From Rhynchobatus australiae (taxonomy: Eukaryota): a stretch of DNA of 64,000 nt. The stretch covers positions 33,650,077 through 33,714,076 of the forward strand of contig JAUZTB010000063.1 of assembly GCA_034780895.1 (NCBI GenBank), written 5' to 3'. Under the pieces are notes generated by a model that made no database searches, was not told where the DNA came from, and saw only the letters and a program-made list of their open reading frames with translations. This document shows positions 62,030 to 64,000 of this stretch, piece by piece (the first letter of the stretch is position 1; every line of letters begins with the position of its first letter). Made by a program: the position numbers and the translations under genes.

Positions 62030-62850
62030 AACATGAGGATAAAATAATGGTAGGGAGTAGGTCATTCAACCCCTTGCACCAACTGTGCTATTCAACATGA
62101 TCAAGGCTGATCTTTTATCTCAGTGCCACTGCCCTGCAGTTATCCCATATCTTTGATTTCCTTAATATATAAATGTCCATCGATTCCTGCCTTGAATCTA
62201 TTCAGTAATTGAACCTCCACAGTCCTCTTTGAATAGAGAATTTCAAAGGCTTTCTAATGCCCAGGTGAAGACGTTTCTTCTCATCCGCCCTGGAGGCCTA
62301 CCACTTATTTTGATTTGTGACCTCTGGTTCTACTCACCCAAACCACTTAAAATACTAGGTCCACATCTCCCCTGTAAAGACCCTTAAGAAATGTTCTACG
62401 TTTCAGTGATGACCCCCCCTCCCCTCCCCTCCCATTCTAAATCATAGACCTAATCTGATCTAATGTTGTAATATTTGATTATTATAAAATATGCAATTTT
62501 ATAATATATTTATATAACATACGGTGATTATATAGTATACAGCATAGTTGTCATTCCCAAACTTCAGCAGCAATCTCCATTGCAAATAACTTCCTCTTTA
62601 GGTAGGGAGACCAGACCCCAATACAACATTCCAAATATGGTCTCACTGGCGCACCATATATTTGGAACAAGATGTTCCCTACCCTTGTATTTAAAACCAC
62701 TTGCATTAAGGCTAGCATATTGTTTGCCTTCCTAATTGCTTGCTTGAATCTGCATGCTATGTTTCAGAGATAGTGTGCAAGGACACCCAGATCACCCTGA
62801 ACACCTATGCATTTCACTTGCTCACTATTTAGCAAATGTTTGACTTTTTT
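62030..62850 (-). mobile_element. Old CR1 3' region
   Basis: 'aatacaacattccaaatatggtctcac' (reverse: VRPYLECCI) and 'gcctt cctaattgcttgcttg' motifs. Confidence 0.65.
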
Positions 62851-63390
62851 ATCCATTCAATCAAGACTTGATAGTTTGGGATAGATGATCTCTGTGCAAG
62901 CATTTTAATTTGAATTCCTATGCTTGATGTTGGACTGCTTAAAATTAGAATGTAAGAGTAGGCAGTTTGGCCTCTTGTGTTGGCAGTCTTGCTTCATCAG
63001 CACTTGCCTACACTAATCATATCCCTTCCTTCCTGTAATACTCTCAAATCTGTCAGACTCTGTCTTAAATATAGCCAGCTCCCATTTAGAGAATCCCAAA
63101 GATCACAACTGTCAGGGTCACTACTGAAGGGCTACACCTGGAGGGACTGATTCAGTCTGGGACTTGGGGTGGGGTGAGGAACAGATTTGGGCAGTGGTGA
63201 ATATTGTATGCCCAGATAATTGTTTTCCCAGCATACCAGCCAACAGAGGTATTTTGGGCAAACAATTAAATGTAGAATTTGTCACTAATACTCATAAAAT
63301 TTTTCTTTGGAGTTTTTCTATCTCCCACTTCCCCCCAGATGACGGACATGGAAAGCTGGTTATACTTCTCAGCTTTGAACTTTTTTTGTG

Positions 63391-63651
63391 TGTTACGAAC
63401 CAGCAATGGAAGAAACACACAGAGACATGTATAAGTGTTAAAATCTACTTTATTAATAACTACTTATGATAATAAGTAAAATAAAAGTAAAAATGTTANN
63501 NNNNNNNNNNNNNNNNNNNNNNNNNNNNNNNNNNNNNNNNNNNNNNNNNNNNNNNNNNNNNNNNNNNNNNNNNNNNNNNNNNNNNNNNNNNNNNNNNNTG
63601 TTTCAACAACAATGTCATGACGTTCTTTATCTTCTGTTGACATAAGCATGC

Positions 63652-63690
<39 letters not shown>

Positions 63691-63729
63691 TCTAAAAGGG
63701 ACACTCACTAATAGTCCTAGTCCGTAACA
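63391..63729 (-). mobile_element. Solo LTR (Gypsy-like) containing (AC)n
   Basis: Inverted termini TGTTACG...CGTAACA; AATAAA on the minus strand near 63449; flanks tgtg/ggtg suggest a 4-bp TSD with 1 mismatch; internal 100-N gap. Confidence 0.7.
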
Positions 63730-64000
63730 GGTGAATGTGAGTCCACTCCCGGCCCCCAAAAAGAAGATACAGCTGAAAGAGGTCGCAAAGTATTTCCACG
63801 TCAGTCATCCTTGGAACAAAGAAAGTGATGTGATTGGTGGGTGTGAGGGCAGGTCGTGTGATAGTCCTCACCAGTGAGGATTGGTTACTGACATGGAGTG
63901 CATCGAAGAGGTGGCCTACTGTGGGTCCAGCAGGCTTGTGACAGCTTTCAGAGCGTCAAATGTCATGGCCCCAATTGCAATAAGTGGATGTCAGGTTGGA

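Noticed and set aside
50932-64000. DERA exons 7-9, including 'ggctcagattatgtt' near 60812
   Set aside because: That site reads GSDYVH, not GSDFIKTSTGK. No later exon was found, so they probably lie beyond the window or in gaps; not evidence of pseudogenisation.

Overview
Vertebrate genomic DNA from a gapped draft assembly, most likely a cartilaginous fish (ray/shark), judged from the HE1/V-SINE, CR1/HER1, Deu-SINE and Penelope repeat mix. Most ORF-track entries are spurious or transposon debris. Two spliced genes lie on the + strand in the known vertebrate order. STRAP/UNRIP is complete: 9 coding exons, 21516-34135, 990 nt, 329 aa. DERA (deoxyribose-phosphate aldolase) is present as exons 1-6, 37999-50931; exons 7-9 were not found. 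Each gene has a CpG-island promoter. The first ~20 kb and the introns are mostly CR1, RTE, L2, Tx1 and Penelope remnants, SINEs and two LTR copies. I found no convincing new multi-gene system. The best leads are: (1) DERA exon 3 lacks its normal acceptor and first three codons (AAW); (2) a minisatellite places 8 inverted CCAAT boxes just upstream of the DERA ATG; (3) Penelope terminal repeats carry minimal hammerhead-ribozyme cores; (4) STRAP lacks the mammalian penultimate exon and probably has a 5'UTR intron; (5) several repeat-free, homeodomain/octamer-rich blocks are candidate enhancers. Exon coordinates were counted by hand; repeat boundaries are approximate and family names come from recalled motifs, not searches.
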